From: an uncultured Streptococcus sp.
GTDB taxonomy: Bacteria; Bacillota; Bacilli; Lactobacillales; Streptococcaceae
DNA length: 64,000 nt
Direction of reading: 5' to 3'
NCBI GenBank assembly: GCA_963527735.1
Contig: CAURTM010000001.1
Location: 11,815-75,814, forward strand
Shown here in pieces: positions 36,402 to 44,985 of the stretch. The notes under the pieces were generated by a model. The model saw only the letters and a list, made by a program, of their open reading frames with translations, did no database searches and was not told the origin of the DNA. Position numbers and translations under genes: made by a program. Position 1 is the first letter of the stretch. Each line of letters starts with the position of its first letter.

Positions 36402-37199
36402 ATGAAGTTAGGAGAGTTGCTAAAATCATATAGAACAGAGCATAAATTATCAATGGATGCTTTTTGTGAATTATCTGATTTAACAAAAGGATATATTTCT
36501 ATGCTTGAAAAAAATGAACATCCGAAATCGAAAAAGCCCATTGTCCCATCTTATGACACAATAGAAAAAATTGCTAAAGGAATGCAAATTTCTACAGAAG
36601 ATTTAATTGATATGCTTGATGATGATCAAGAAATTCAAATCAACGCTACTCCATCTCTTCTCTCAAAATCCCCCATCCAATCCATCTACGACCAACTAGA
36701 ACCCCCTGGACAAAGAAAAGTTATCACATACGCTGAAAAATTACGTGACGAACAAGAGAAACGAAGAAAAGAGAAGAAAAACGAAGTATCGGAAGTTATC
36801 AGCTTGTACCAAGTTGAAGTAGTATCTGAGACGGCAGCAGCTTGTGGATTCAACTATGGATTCGGTTACGACGATACAGACAGAGAGACTATAGAGGTTG
36901 ACGAGCAACCACCACGTCACGATATTGCTACCAAGGTCAGCGGAGATTCCATGCAACCTGACTACCAGGATGGAGATATTCTCTATTTAGTAGACAAAGG
37001 ACTGACCACCTACAACGGAGACCTGGCAGTTATCGCATACGGAGACCGTTCTTACTTCAAAAAGATATACACCGAAAACAGACGCTTACGCCTAGTATCA
37101 CTCAATGACAAGTACGAAGACATCATCCTAGACTTCCCACCAGCAGAAGACACACACATCAAGATCTATGCAGTTATCGGGGTGTATAGAGGGGAATAG
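36402..37199 (+). CDS. CI-like repressor (XRE HTH + S24 peptidase)
   Basis: HTH N-terminus; VSGDSMQPDYQDGD, YFKK, LVSLN. Confidence 0.93.
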   Translation: MKLGELLKSYRTEHKLSMDAFCELSDLTKGYISMLEKNEHPKSKKPIVPSYDTIEKIAKGMQISTEDLIDMLDDDQEIQINATPSLLSKSPIQSIYDQLEPPGQRKVITYAEKLRDEQEKRRKEKKNEVSEVISLYQVEVVSETAAACGFNYGFGYDDTDRETIEVDEQPPRHDIATKVSGDSMQPDYQDGDILYLVDKGLTTYNGDLAVIAYGDRSYFKKIYTENRRLRLVSLNDKYEDIILDFPPAEDTHIKIYAVIGVYRGE

Positions 37200-37231
37200 A
37201 GCCAGCTGTTTTCCATTTTGGAAACAACCAC

Positions 37232-37260
37232 TTGACAAAATTTAAAAAAAGAAGTACACT
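37232..37260 (+). promoter_or_regulatory. Sigma-A promoter of the repeat-toxin unit
   Basis: TTGACA (37232)-17bp-TACACT (37255). Confidence 0.8.
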
Positions 37261-37270
37261 AATAATGTCA

Positions 37271-37335
37271 AAAGCCTTGTTCGTCAAGGATACGATATTT
37301 ACTTATAAAGCCTTGTTCGTCAAGGACAAAACGGT
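37271..37335 (+). ncRNA. Putative RNA antitoxin: two 20-nt hairpin repeats at 36-nt period
   Basis: AAAGCCTTGTTCGTCAAGGA at 37271-37290 and 37307-37326; each followed by ACG(A/G), complementary to the loop. Confidence 0.6.
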
Positions 37336-37337
37336 CT

Positions 37338-37372
37338 GGTGTACTTCTAAGAGGTACACCTTATTTTATTAT
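37338..37372 (+). terminator. Intrinsic terminator/attenuator between repeats and toxin gene
   Basis: GGTGTACTTC-TAA-GAGGTACACC then TTATTTTATT. Confidence 0.75.
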
Positions 37373-37384
37373 CTGGAGCATTAT

Positions 37385-37819
37385 ATGAAATTTCAACAAG
37401 GCGAAGTTTATCTAATCAACTTCCCACAAAAAGGTGGGAATGAATTTTACGGAAAACACTACGCTATCATCTTAACAATTCCTGACAAAGCCGATGGGAC
37501 ACTCCTAGTAGCACCTTTAACTGGTAAAAAATCAGGAAAGAAATATCGTGGTGGTATCACGATTGAAAATAATAAATATCAAAACACTCCGTCCAAGCCC
37601 AAAGCCTATGCTTATGTCCGAAAAATCCAAGAAATAGACAAACGGAAAATCGTCTATAAAACAAAGAAAAAGACTGATAGTGATGGACAAGTAATGCTAG
37701 ATGCAGCGGGAAAAGAGTTATATGATAAAGTTTATAGACCAGCTTACAAGCTAGATACAAACGATCATAAAAAACTACTAGACAAGATAAAAGAAGTTCT
37801 TGGACTAGATTTATATTAA
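37385..37819 (+). CDS. PemK/MazF-fold endoribonuclease-like toxin (144 aa)
   Basis: QGEVYLINFP...GNEFYGKHYAIIL...LLVAPLT...VRKIQEIDKRKI pattern; GGAG RBS at 37375. Confidence 0.8.
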   Translation: MKFQQGEVYLINFPQKGGNEFYGKHYAIILTIPDKADGTLLVAPLTGKKSGKKYRGGITIENNKYQNTPSKPKAYAYVRKIQEIDKRKIVYKTKKKTDSDGQVMLDAAGKELYDKVYRPAYKLDTNDHKKLLDKIKEVLGLDLY

Positions 37820-37827
37820 ATAAAAAA

Positions 37828-37950
37828 TTGACTTTTTTTAAAATTAGGGTTAGAATAAAATCATAAAGTCGCTTGACGACAAAATAGATGATACTGTCCC
37901 AAGAGGACATCTCTAGCCCTACTCTTATGAGTTGGGCTTTTAATTTTTTA
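37828..37950 (+). ncRNA. Stand-alone structured sRNA (~85 nt) with promoter and terminator
   Basis: TTGACT-17bp-TAGAAT; hairpins GTCG-CTTGA-CGAC and TGTCC-CAAGA-GGACA; terminator 37915-37938 + T-tract; no credible ORF. Confidence 0.55.
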
Positions 37951-38047
37951 TTTAACAACTATTCCCATTTTGGAAATAGTTGCGTAAAATGGAAATAAAA
38001 AAATGTGCAATAACTGATCCACATTAAAAGCTGAGAGAGGTTTCATT

Positions 38048-38644
38048 ATGAATGAAGAACGCAAAGTTTTAGGTATTTTGGCTATTATTTTTGGAGCGAT
38101 TGCTCTATTTGGGTCTTGGATGCCTATTATTAACAATCTATCTTTTGTTATTGCTATTTTAGCACTTATATTGGGCTTGATAGGTCTAGCTATCAACAGA
38201 AAAAGACCAAAAATGTTGGCTATCATTGGTACAGTTTTAGCAGTTGTGTCAATGGTTATTGTTATCGCTACGCAATTGATGTATGCCCGTGCTTTGAATA
38301 ACGCTGCTAAAAACGTTGAAGAAACTGTCAGCTCAGTAAGTTCTTCTATCGAATCATCACAAAAAGAAGAAGATGCTAAATTTAACTGGACAAAAGAACA
38401 GTTTGACGCTCTTCAGATGGGTGACATCACGAATTATGGAGCTGGTGGAACTAACTACGATGATATTGTTAGCGTTCATGGAGAACCAAATAGCATAAAC
38501 ACTACTACTGTTAATGATCATGAAAGCAGAACAATTTCATATTCTTCAGCAGGGACAAAACTCCGAAGCATTACTTTGACATTTAGCAAACAAGAAAATG
38601 GTGCTTATTTATTGACTGCTAAAGTCGGTATTGGATTGGAATAA
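38048..38644 (+). CDS. Membrane protein (3 TM + extracellular domain), superinfection-exclusion-like moron
   Basis: Hydrophobic N-terminus, WTKEQFDALQMGD...GGTNYDDIV domain; position just before int. Confidence 0.7.
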   Translation: MNEERKVLGILAIIFGAIALFGSWMPIINNLSFVIAILALILGLIGLAINRKRPKMLAIIGTVLAVVSMVIVIATQLMYARALNNAAKNVEETVSSVSSSIESSQKEEDAKFNWTKEQFDALQMGDITNYGAGGTNYDDIVSVHGEPNSINTTTVNDHESRTISYSSAGTKLRSITLTFSKQENGAYLLTAKVGIGLE

Positions 38645-38771
38645 TTCAAAATAAAAAAATCCCCACACTCGCCATCGCCAAACTTTGAGTGTGAGGATAT
38701 CCATTATAGTAATAGGCATTAAAAAGCCCTCTTTACTATACCCATTTTATCAAGAAATGAGGTGAAAATCA

Positions 38772-39923
38772 ATGTGGATGGAAGAACTTTCCAACGGAAA
38801 ATACAAATTCTTTGAGCGATACAAAGACCCGTATACCGAGAAGTGGAAACGAGTGTCGGTTACTCTTGACTCTGGATCAAGCAGGGCAAAAAAAGAAGCT
38901 CAAAAACAACTGGATGAGAAGATAGCAGAAAAACTACAAAGTCTTACTACTACAGATATGCTTTTTACAGACGTACTAAGTGATTGGTGGGAACTTCATA
39001 AAAAGTCAATCAAACCTTCTACCATAAAGACCATGGCCTATGCTGTAGATGAAGTAAAAGATACTTTTGCGCCTGATGTGAAAATAAAAAATATCACTGC
39101 GAAGTACACTCAACAGTACTTTACTGACTCGGAAGAAAATCATATCAAACTCAAAAAGCAAAAGTCAGTACTAAGCATGGTCTTTAAGTATGCGCTTGAT
39201 ATGGAACTGGTAGATAACAATCCTATCCAGCGTGTGAGACTTCCTAAAAAGGTTGTCGCATATGAAAATATGGAGAAGATTGAAGATAAGTTCCTTGAGC
39301 AAAGTGAATTAAAAAGGCTTTTAAAAGCTATGAAAAGTTATAATCGGGGCTATCACGTAGCCCGTATGGCTGAATTTATGGCGCTAAACGGTTGTCGCGT
39401 TGGGGAAGCTGGAGCGCTGAAATTCGAGAATTACGATAGAGAAAATCGTACTATCACTATCAATGGCACTTTAGATCCAACCCGCAAAGGTTCTGAAGGG
39501 ATTAAAACTACACCCAAAACTTTATCATCTATAAGGGTAGTTGACTTGACAAAAAAAGAAATAGAGATTATTGAAGAGTTTATTGAGCTACATAAAATAA
39601 GAAAGAGTACCAATCCGGACTATAAAGATATGGGATTTATATTTGTATCAGCTAATGGAATTCCCATTCATAAATCAAGTATCGGCAAGCTCATGAAAAA
39701 CGCCAATGCTACTCTAAAGAAGCCAATCAATAAGCCACTTCACCCGCATATCCTACGTCATACACTAATCAGTACGCTTGCTGAAAATAATATCCCCTTA
39801 AAAGCCATCACGCAAAGAGTTGGGCATAAAGATAACGGAAAGACCACAATGGAAATCTATACTCACGTAACCAAGAACATCAAGTCGAAAGTTGTTGATG
39901 TACTAGATAAAATTTATAAATAG
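38772..39923 (+). CDS. int: Prophage tyrosine integrase
   Basis: GCRVGE, HILRHT, VGH, IYTH catalytic residues. Confidence 0.95.
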   Translation: MWMEELSNGKYKFFERYKDPYTEKWKRVSVTLDSGSSRAKKEAQKQLDEKIAEKLQSLTTTDMLFTDVLSDWWELHKKSIKPSTIKTMAYAVDEVKDTFAPDVKIKNITAKYTQQYFTDSEENHIKLKKQKSVLSMVFKYALDMELVDNNPIQRVRLPKKVVAYENMEKIEDKFLEQSELKRLLKAMKSYNRGYHVARMAEFMALNGCRVGEAGALKFENYDRENRTITINGTLDPTRKGSEGIKTTPKTLSSIRVVDLTKKEIEIIEEFIELHKIRKSTNPDYKDMGFIFVSANGIPIHKSSIGKLMKNANATLKKPINKPLHPHILRHTLISTLAENNIPLKAITQRVGHKDNGKTTMEIYTHVTKNIKSKVVDVLDKIYK

Positions 39924-39924
39924 T

Positions 39925-39990
39925 TTTGCCCCTTTTTTGCCCCCTGCTAGACAAAAAGAAAAACCGCTACTCCTAAGAATAGCGGTTTAA
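39925..39990. other. Putative integrase arm-type repeats and terminator hairpin
   Basis: TTTGCCCC direct repeats after the int stop; AAACCGCTA...TAGCGGTTT stem. Confidence 0.55.
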
Positions 39991-40023
39991 TCATGTTTTT
40001 AAGCTACTAATGTAGTCGCTCTA

Positions 40024-40038
40024 TTATTTAAGAGTAAC
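40024..40038. repeat. Attachment core = duplicated 3' end of rplL
   Basis: TTATTTAAGAGTAAC; reverse complement GTT ACT CTT AAA TAA = VTLK*, the known streptococcal rplL att. Confidence 0.85.
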
Positions 40039-40089
40039 AATTTGCTAATCTTATTTTCTCCCAGTATTAGTGGGTTAATTCCTCCATTT

Positions 40090-41277
40090 TCAACTTTGGC
40101 AGGAATTTGGTAGGTAAATTGATAATCCAAGATTATCTAAACTGTTTGTAATCTCTTCTGAAATTGTTGAATCACCTGAATAATACCAGTGACTATATGT
40201 ATTCAACGTGGTTGACTTATCAGCATGTCCTAATCGATATGAAACATATAAGGTATCCTTATGCAATACATTTATAAGATAGGAAGCGTGACTATGTCTT
40301 AAACCTTTCCCCGTAATTTCTGGTACACCAGTAACCCTAGCATGCCTTTTTATTATCCTAGAAATTGTAGACTTACACAAGGGGGCACCAAAACGTGATA
40401 TTACATAATCTTTATCATCATTCTTGATTTGAACTTCTCGCCATTTTTTAAGTATTGTAATCGTAAAATCATCTAAATCAATTTTACGATTCCCTGCTAC
40501 TGTCTTTGTTTGTTGTTTAGCATACCATACACCGTTTTTGTCTTTCTCAATTGTCGAATGAACATGAATCCATTTACGTTCAAAATCAATATCTTCCCAT
40601 TTAAGAGCAATACCCTCACTAACTCTTAAGCCAGTCATAAAATATAACCAGATCATCATGTAATTATGGAGTCCCTCATACTCACTAATATCAAAAGAGT
40701 TTATTACCTTCGTAAATTCATCAAATGTCCAAAATTTTGTATCAGGGTGCTTTCCTCTAGGATTATCTAATCCTTTAAAAGGAACTCTATCAATATAACC
40801 CAATCTTTCTGCATAGCCCAGACATGCTTTAAATCTAGACCACATATTTTTAGCATAGTTACTAGAATACCTGTCTATAATAGCTAAGCGAAATCTTTCA
40901 CAGTCAATAGTACTAATATCTGATAATTTTTTACTACCAAATTGCTTAATAAATAACTGATGATGTGGTAAAGCAGTCTGATAAGTTACAAACTGAACTT
41001 TTTGTTGATAATATTTTAAATAAGTCTCTTCCATAAACTCTCTAAAAGTTAGAAAGCTATTATTAATAGTAGAGTTCGCAAATTCATGTTTTAAACGAAC
41101 TATTTCATCGTAGGCTTCTTTAAAAGAACTAAACGGTAAACCCTGCTGATTTTTCCTTCCTTTCTTCTGAATTCTTTTCCCAGTTATTGGATCAACTCCT
41201 AATTCAATTTGAAAATAAATTTTTCCTTTTGAATCTTTGTATACACCTTTATATTTCTTTGTCTTTGATATAACCAT
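40090..41277 (-). CDS. int: ICE tyrosine integrase
   Basis: TGLRVSE, LRHSHAS, LGH, TYSH residues. Confidence 0.95.
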   Translation of the reverse strand: MVISKTKKYKGVYKDSKGKIYFQIELGVDPITGKRIQKKGRKNQQGLPFSSFKEAYDEIVRLKHEFANSTINNSFLTFREFMEETYLKYYQQKVQFVTYQTALPHHQLFIKQFGSKKLSDISTIDCERFRLAIIDRYSSNYAKNMWSRFKACLGYAERLGYIDRVPFKGLDNPRGKHPDTKFWTFDEFTKVINSFDISEYEGLHNYMMIWLYFMTGLRVSEGIALKWEDIDFERKWIHVHSTIEKDKNGVWYAKQQTKTVAGNRKIDLDDFTITILKKWREVQIKNDDKDYVISRFGAPLCKSTISRIIKRHARVTGVPEITGKGLRHSHASYLINVLHKDTLYVSYRLGHADKSTTLNTYSHWYYSGDSTISEEITNSLDNLGLSIYLPNSCQS

Positions 41278-41518
41278 TTTTCTCACCTTCTATATCTGAA
41301 AAAGAAATACCAATTAAATTTTCTACAATATTTTTAGGAGCAATGCCTAACCTTTTATTATCGAAAGGTGAACATCCTAATTGTACCGCATTCTTATCAT
41401 TTTTTCTAGCTTCTTCAAACTTTTTTACAGCAATCTTTTTTGCTTGTCTAATAATATTCCTCGATGTGTGCTCTGGAAAACCAATCGCAACTAAATCTTT
41501 ATAGTTTACTGTTTCCAT
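41249..41518 (-). CDS. xis: ICE excisionase (DUF3173-like)
   Basis: KDLVAIGF...IIRQAK...FDNKRLGIAP...VENLIG; overlaps int. Confidence 0.8.
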   Translation of the reverse strand: METVNYKDLVAIGFPEHTSRNIIRQAKKIAVKKFEEARKNDKNAVQLGCSPFDNKRLGIAPKNIVENLIGISFSDIEGEKNGYIKDKEI

Positions 41519-41823
41519 GATTTTACTACTTCCTTTCTTAGATTTTTTAACCTCCATGGCATGACTGATGAAGTCATCATAAGAATTTCACTTGCTGCTC
41601 TTTTACGGTGGCAGCCTGAACGGTCAGAAGTATCATTGTATATCATTTGTATCATGGCATATAAAGTATCGCTCTATTTTATTGATGGTTCTAAAATCGC
41701 TCTTATCATGGCGAGCCATTCAAATTTGCTCCACAAATGAGGAAAGTACCATTTTGGACTATTCAGTTTTCAAAGAACAAATAAAAAATCCCCTCATTTT
41801 CACACTCTATGAAATTGAGGAGA

Positions 41824-42045
41824 TTATTTTCTAAAGCGAATTTTATCAGGAAAATCTGTCAATCCCAATAGGTAGTCTGTACTGACATCGTAAAAGTTTG
41901 AGAGAGTTACCAATACATCTGCTGTTAACGTATGCTCACCCCGTTCAATTTTAGCATAAGCTGAGTTTGTAAACGAAAGTATTTTAGCTATTTGTTTTTG
42001 AGTCAAATCGTGATCTTCCCTCAAATCTCTCAAACGTCTGTACAT
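41824..42045 (-). CDS. XRE-family HTH regulator of ICE
   Basis: RLRDLREDHDLTQKQIA...VSTDYLLGLTD. Confidence 0.9.
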   Translation of the reverse strand: MYRRLRDLREDHDLTQKQIAKILSFTNSAYAKIERGEHTLTADVLVTLSNFYDVSTDYLLGLTDFPDKIRFRK

Positions 42046-42587
42046 CTAGCTTTCTCCTGAGAAAAGTATAATATATAAAACTAAGAAATCATTCAAAGTG
42101 TCCAAATTGGACATTTTGAACTAAAATTAATTTATTAAACACTTCTCACAAGCATATCTATTATATGTAAGACAATATTAAGAAAGACGGTTAAAAAACA
42201 ACCTGACTCCACTGGAATTTAGGAATCAGGTCGCTTAAGATTTTATATTATTTTACTGTCTACTTGTCAGGGAGCTGTTCACCAATGGGAATCTATAGCT
42301 TTTTTAGTGACTGAGAACTATTTTATCTCAGACTTCTTCAACACACCTTGTTATTGGGCACTTACGGAAGGTTAATGAATTATTTAAAATAAAAGTAAAG
42401 AGAAGCAAACAGACACTCTATAGCTGTTAGACGCTTTTTAGAGTAATAACAATTTGATAAAGTGAATACAACTTGCTTAATTAAGCGTAAGAAACCAGAA
42501 TCATAAAATCAATTACTTTGAAGTTATGACTCACGTTGTATTGTTTCATTGTTAATCGTATTCAATTATTTAATTTTCGAGCAACAT

Positions 42588-43298
42588 TTAAACTAGATTT
42601 TGTGCTTTCAATTTTATTAGTTTTGGAAGAAGGGAAAATTCAAATCCCATAATCCAGATACAAACTAATAATTTAATACCTAAGTTTGTAGTTGACTGAA
42701 TTTCTGTATAATAATAAGTTGCAGGTATAAATATATTCCAATCACTCTGAAACGTGATTAAAACAATAAGTATCAGCAAAATATTAGGTAAGGCCTTTGC
42801 TAAAATGGAATCAAATCTTATACAGCAGATTTGCATAAAGATAGCTATAGGTAAAAATAAAAGAAATGACATTATATTGGGAAATATTATATTGCTTAAT
42901 AACATATCAGTTCCCATACCACCTAATTGAATTAAAGAAAAAATTGTATAAACAAAATAACAAATAAAACATCTCACGATATTTATCGTTACTTTTATAT
43001 AGATGATTTTCACGAGATTATTAGTGTTAATCACCATGATATTCCAACCATTATTATTATCTTCAATCAATGCCTCTCTTAGATTTTGATACAAAATTTG
43101 TATAGGAAAAATCATTAGCATATATATTGAAGTGTGTAAAACATACCAATACTTATTATAATCAAGCTCTGAGTATGGTGCCGAAATATCTAAAATATAT
43201 GTTTTTATAGCTAGAATGACTAGAATCTGAATACAGATGTCAACAATAATAAATAAAAATATTTTACTCTTAATCAATTCATTTTTAAGTAACTTCAT
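42588..43298 (-). CDS. lanG: Lantibiotic immunity ABC permease
   Basis: Multi-TM, third gene of ABC trio. Confidence 0.75.
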   Translation of the reverse strand: MKLLKNELIKSKIFLFIIVDICIQILVILAIKTYILDISAPYSELDYNKYWYVLHTSIYMLMIFPIQILYQNLREALIEDNNNGWNIMVINTNNLVKIIYIKVTINIVRCFICYFVYTIFSLIQLGGMGTDMLLSNIIFPNIMSFLLFLPIAIFMQICCIRFDSILAKALPNILLILIVLITFQSDWNIFIPATYYYTEIQSTTNLGIKLLVCIWIMGFEFSLLPKLIKLKAQNLV

Positions 43299-43310
43299 TT
43301 TTATTACCTA

Positions 43311-44054
43311 TTAAAGTTTCATCTCAAAACTTCTTTCGTTCAATTTACGAATTAATATATAAAAAAGTACGATGATTATTATATTAGATAGTAAAATCAT
43401 ATAAAATTGACTTTCAGTCACTCTAAAAGCATGAGAAAGATAAGTAAATGGTAAGTAAATCTTAAAATTATAATCGTTGTAGTATATGCTAATTGTTAAA
43501 ATCATCATTATAATACCAATTGGTATTATTCCAGAAATTTTCCTTATAAGAACTAAAATTATAAAATATAATAACATTATCATCAACGAGGAAATTAATT
43601 GAATGGTAAATGTTTTTAAAAAGAAAATCAAACCAATCTCTAAACTGTTATCAATAGCCTTCCCAATAACGTATAAACTAATATAATCAGACAACCAAAA
43701 AGCAAATGTGTAAACCACTGTAATGAGTAATTTAGAATTTATTGTGTACTTGTTTCTAAATGGCAATGAAATTACGGTTAACCATGCATCATTTTTAAAT
43801 TCTACTGCAAACACTTCGTAAATTATTAAAGATAGAACTAAATAAAATAGTTCAGAAAAATAAAATATTGTTTGTTCTTTAAAAATTAACTGCCAATTAG
43901 ATAAAGCAAGTTCATTTTGATGCTCCAATAAATAACCTCGATACCTAAAAGTTAAATCTATATATAACAAAGCATTCAGAATTATTGGAAAAATAAGAAC
44001 AAACCATAAGATTCTTTTTTTCTGCTTTAGAAACTCCAATTTAATCATATTCAC
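43311..44054 (-). CDS. lanE: Lantibiotic immunity ABC permease
   Basis: Multi-TM, EFKNDAW...SLP motif. Confidence 0.75.
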   Translation of the reverse strand: MNMIKLEFLKQKKRILWFVLIFPIILNALLYIDLTFRYRGYLLEHQNELALSNWQLIFKEQTIFYFSELFYLVLSLIIYEVFAVEFKNDAWLTVISLPFRNKYTINSKLLITVVYTFAFWLSDYISLYVIGKAIDNSLEIGLIFFLKTFTIQLISSLMIMLLYFIILVLIRKISGIIPIGIIMMILTISIYYNDYNFKIYLPFTYLSHAFRVTESQFYMILLSNIIIIVLFYILIRKLNERSFEMKL

Positions 44055-44769
44055 CTCCAGCTAAACAAGCTAAGTAGGCTTCTTCCAGATTTCGACAATT
44101 ATACTTTTGTAAAAGGTAGTGGCAAGAACCAAAAAATTCAACTTTCCCATAATTTATAATTATAATATCAGATATCACTTTATCCAGTTCACTAAGAATA
44201 TGACTTGATATTAAAAATGTAATACCTTTTTTCTCCTGTAGAAAACGGATTAAACTTCTAATTTCAATTACACCCTGTGGATCAAGTCCATTGATTGGTT
44301 CATCCCAAATTAATATTTCTGGACTACCTAACAATGATGCAGCTATACTTAGACGTTGTTTCATGCCCATTGAAAAATTTTTTACTTTTTTCTTTTTAAC
44401 ATCTTTTAATCCTACCATTGATAGATATTCATTAAGTCTTTCAGTATCTAAACTAAGCCCTTTCATATTTGCTATTAACTGCAAATTTTTATAAGCATCA
44501 AGATGACCATAAAATGAAGGTCCCAAAACTAATCCTATCCTAGATAATATATTTTCGGAATTCTGTTCTACGGTTTGATTAAAAATAGTTATTTTCCCAG
44601 AATCTGGTTTTAAAATCCCTAGAATCATTTTGATAATTGTAGTTTTTCCAGCCCCATTTGGTCCAACAAAACCATATACTTTTCCCTTATTTAAATAAAA
44701 TGAAGTGTTATGAATAACTTCAATATCTTTAAAGCTTTTTGTTAGATTTATAATTTCAACTATAGCCAT
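44041..44769 (-). CDS. lanF: Lantibiotic immunity ABC ATPase
   Basis: GPNGAGKTT, FSMGMKQR, DEPINGLDP, SSH. Confidence 0.88.
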   Translation of the reverse strand: MAIVEIINLTKSFKDIEVIHNTSFYLNKGKVYGFVGPNGAGKTTIIKMILGILKPDSGKITIFNQTVEQNSENILSRIGLVLGPSFYGHLDAYKNLQLIANMKGLSLDTERLNEYLSMVGLKDVKKKKVKNFSMGMKQRLSIAASLLGSPEILIWDEPINGLDPQGVIEIRSLIRFLQEKKGITFLISSHILSELDKVISDIIIINYGKVEFFGSCHYLLQKYNCRNLEEAYLACLAGGEYD

Positions 44770-44802
44770 CTCTACTCCTTAGTTTACAGCAAAAAATTAT
44801 GC

Positions 44803-44973
44803 TTAATTCTTATTGTTTTTGTAAAAAATCAGCGAACCCAATACTATTCCATTCAACAAGCCTAAAGAAATACCATATTCAACTGGAAAATTTAAAAAAA
44901 TTGCAAACACTATTCCAATCATCACACCTAGTGAGGCTGCTGTTGAAATTACATATTCATTTACTTTCTTCAT
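44803..44973 (-). CDS. 56-aa two-TM Gly-rich peptide, candidate immunity protein (not in ORF track)
   Basis: MKKVNEYVISTAASLGVMIGIVFAIFLNFPVEYGISLGLLNGIVLGSLIFYKNNKN; GAGGTG RBS. Confidence 0.65.
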   Translation of the reverse strand: MKKVNEYVISTAASLGVMIGIVFAIFLNFPVEYGISLGLLNGIVLGSLIFYKNNKN

Positions 44974-44985
44974 TTTCTTTACACC

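Larger units (their letters stand above)
1..40038 (-). mobile_element. Temperate prophage with contractile (PBSX/Xkd-like) tail; left part (lysis, second att) outside window
   Basis: Ordered tail-head-terminase-late regulator-recombination-cro/cI-integrase modules; tail sheath and baseplate J present; ends at att core 40024-40038. Confidence 0.95.

Noticed and set aside
37271..37326. CRISPR array or solitary CRISPR-repeat mimic
   Set aside because: Only two 20-nt units with a 16-nt gap, no cas genes, and no resemblance to CRISPR repeats I recognise.
37232..37384. 51-aa N-terminal extension of the PemK-like ORF in the track (KALFVKD repeat)
   Set aside because: Its start codon is the -35 box itself and it reads through the RNA repeats and terminator; the RBS-backed ATG is at 37385.
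41592..41834. 80-aa plus-strand ORF
   Set aside because: TTG start with no RBS; region better explained as the xis-int leader on the other strand.
42230..42420. Possible riboswitch/sRNA upstream of the ICE HTH gene
   Set aside because: Some hairpins (e.g. CTGAGA/TCTCAG) but no motif I can identify; needs an Rfam search.
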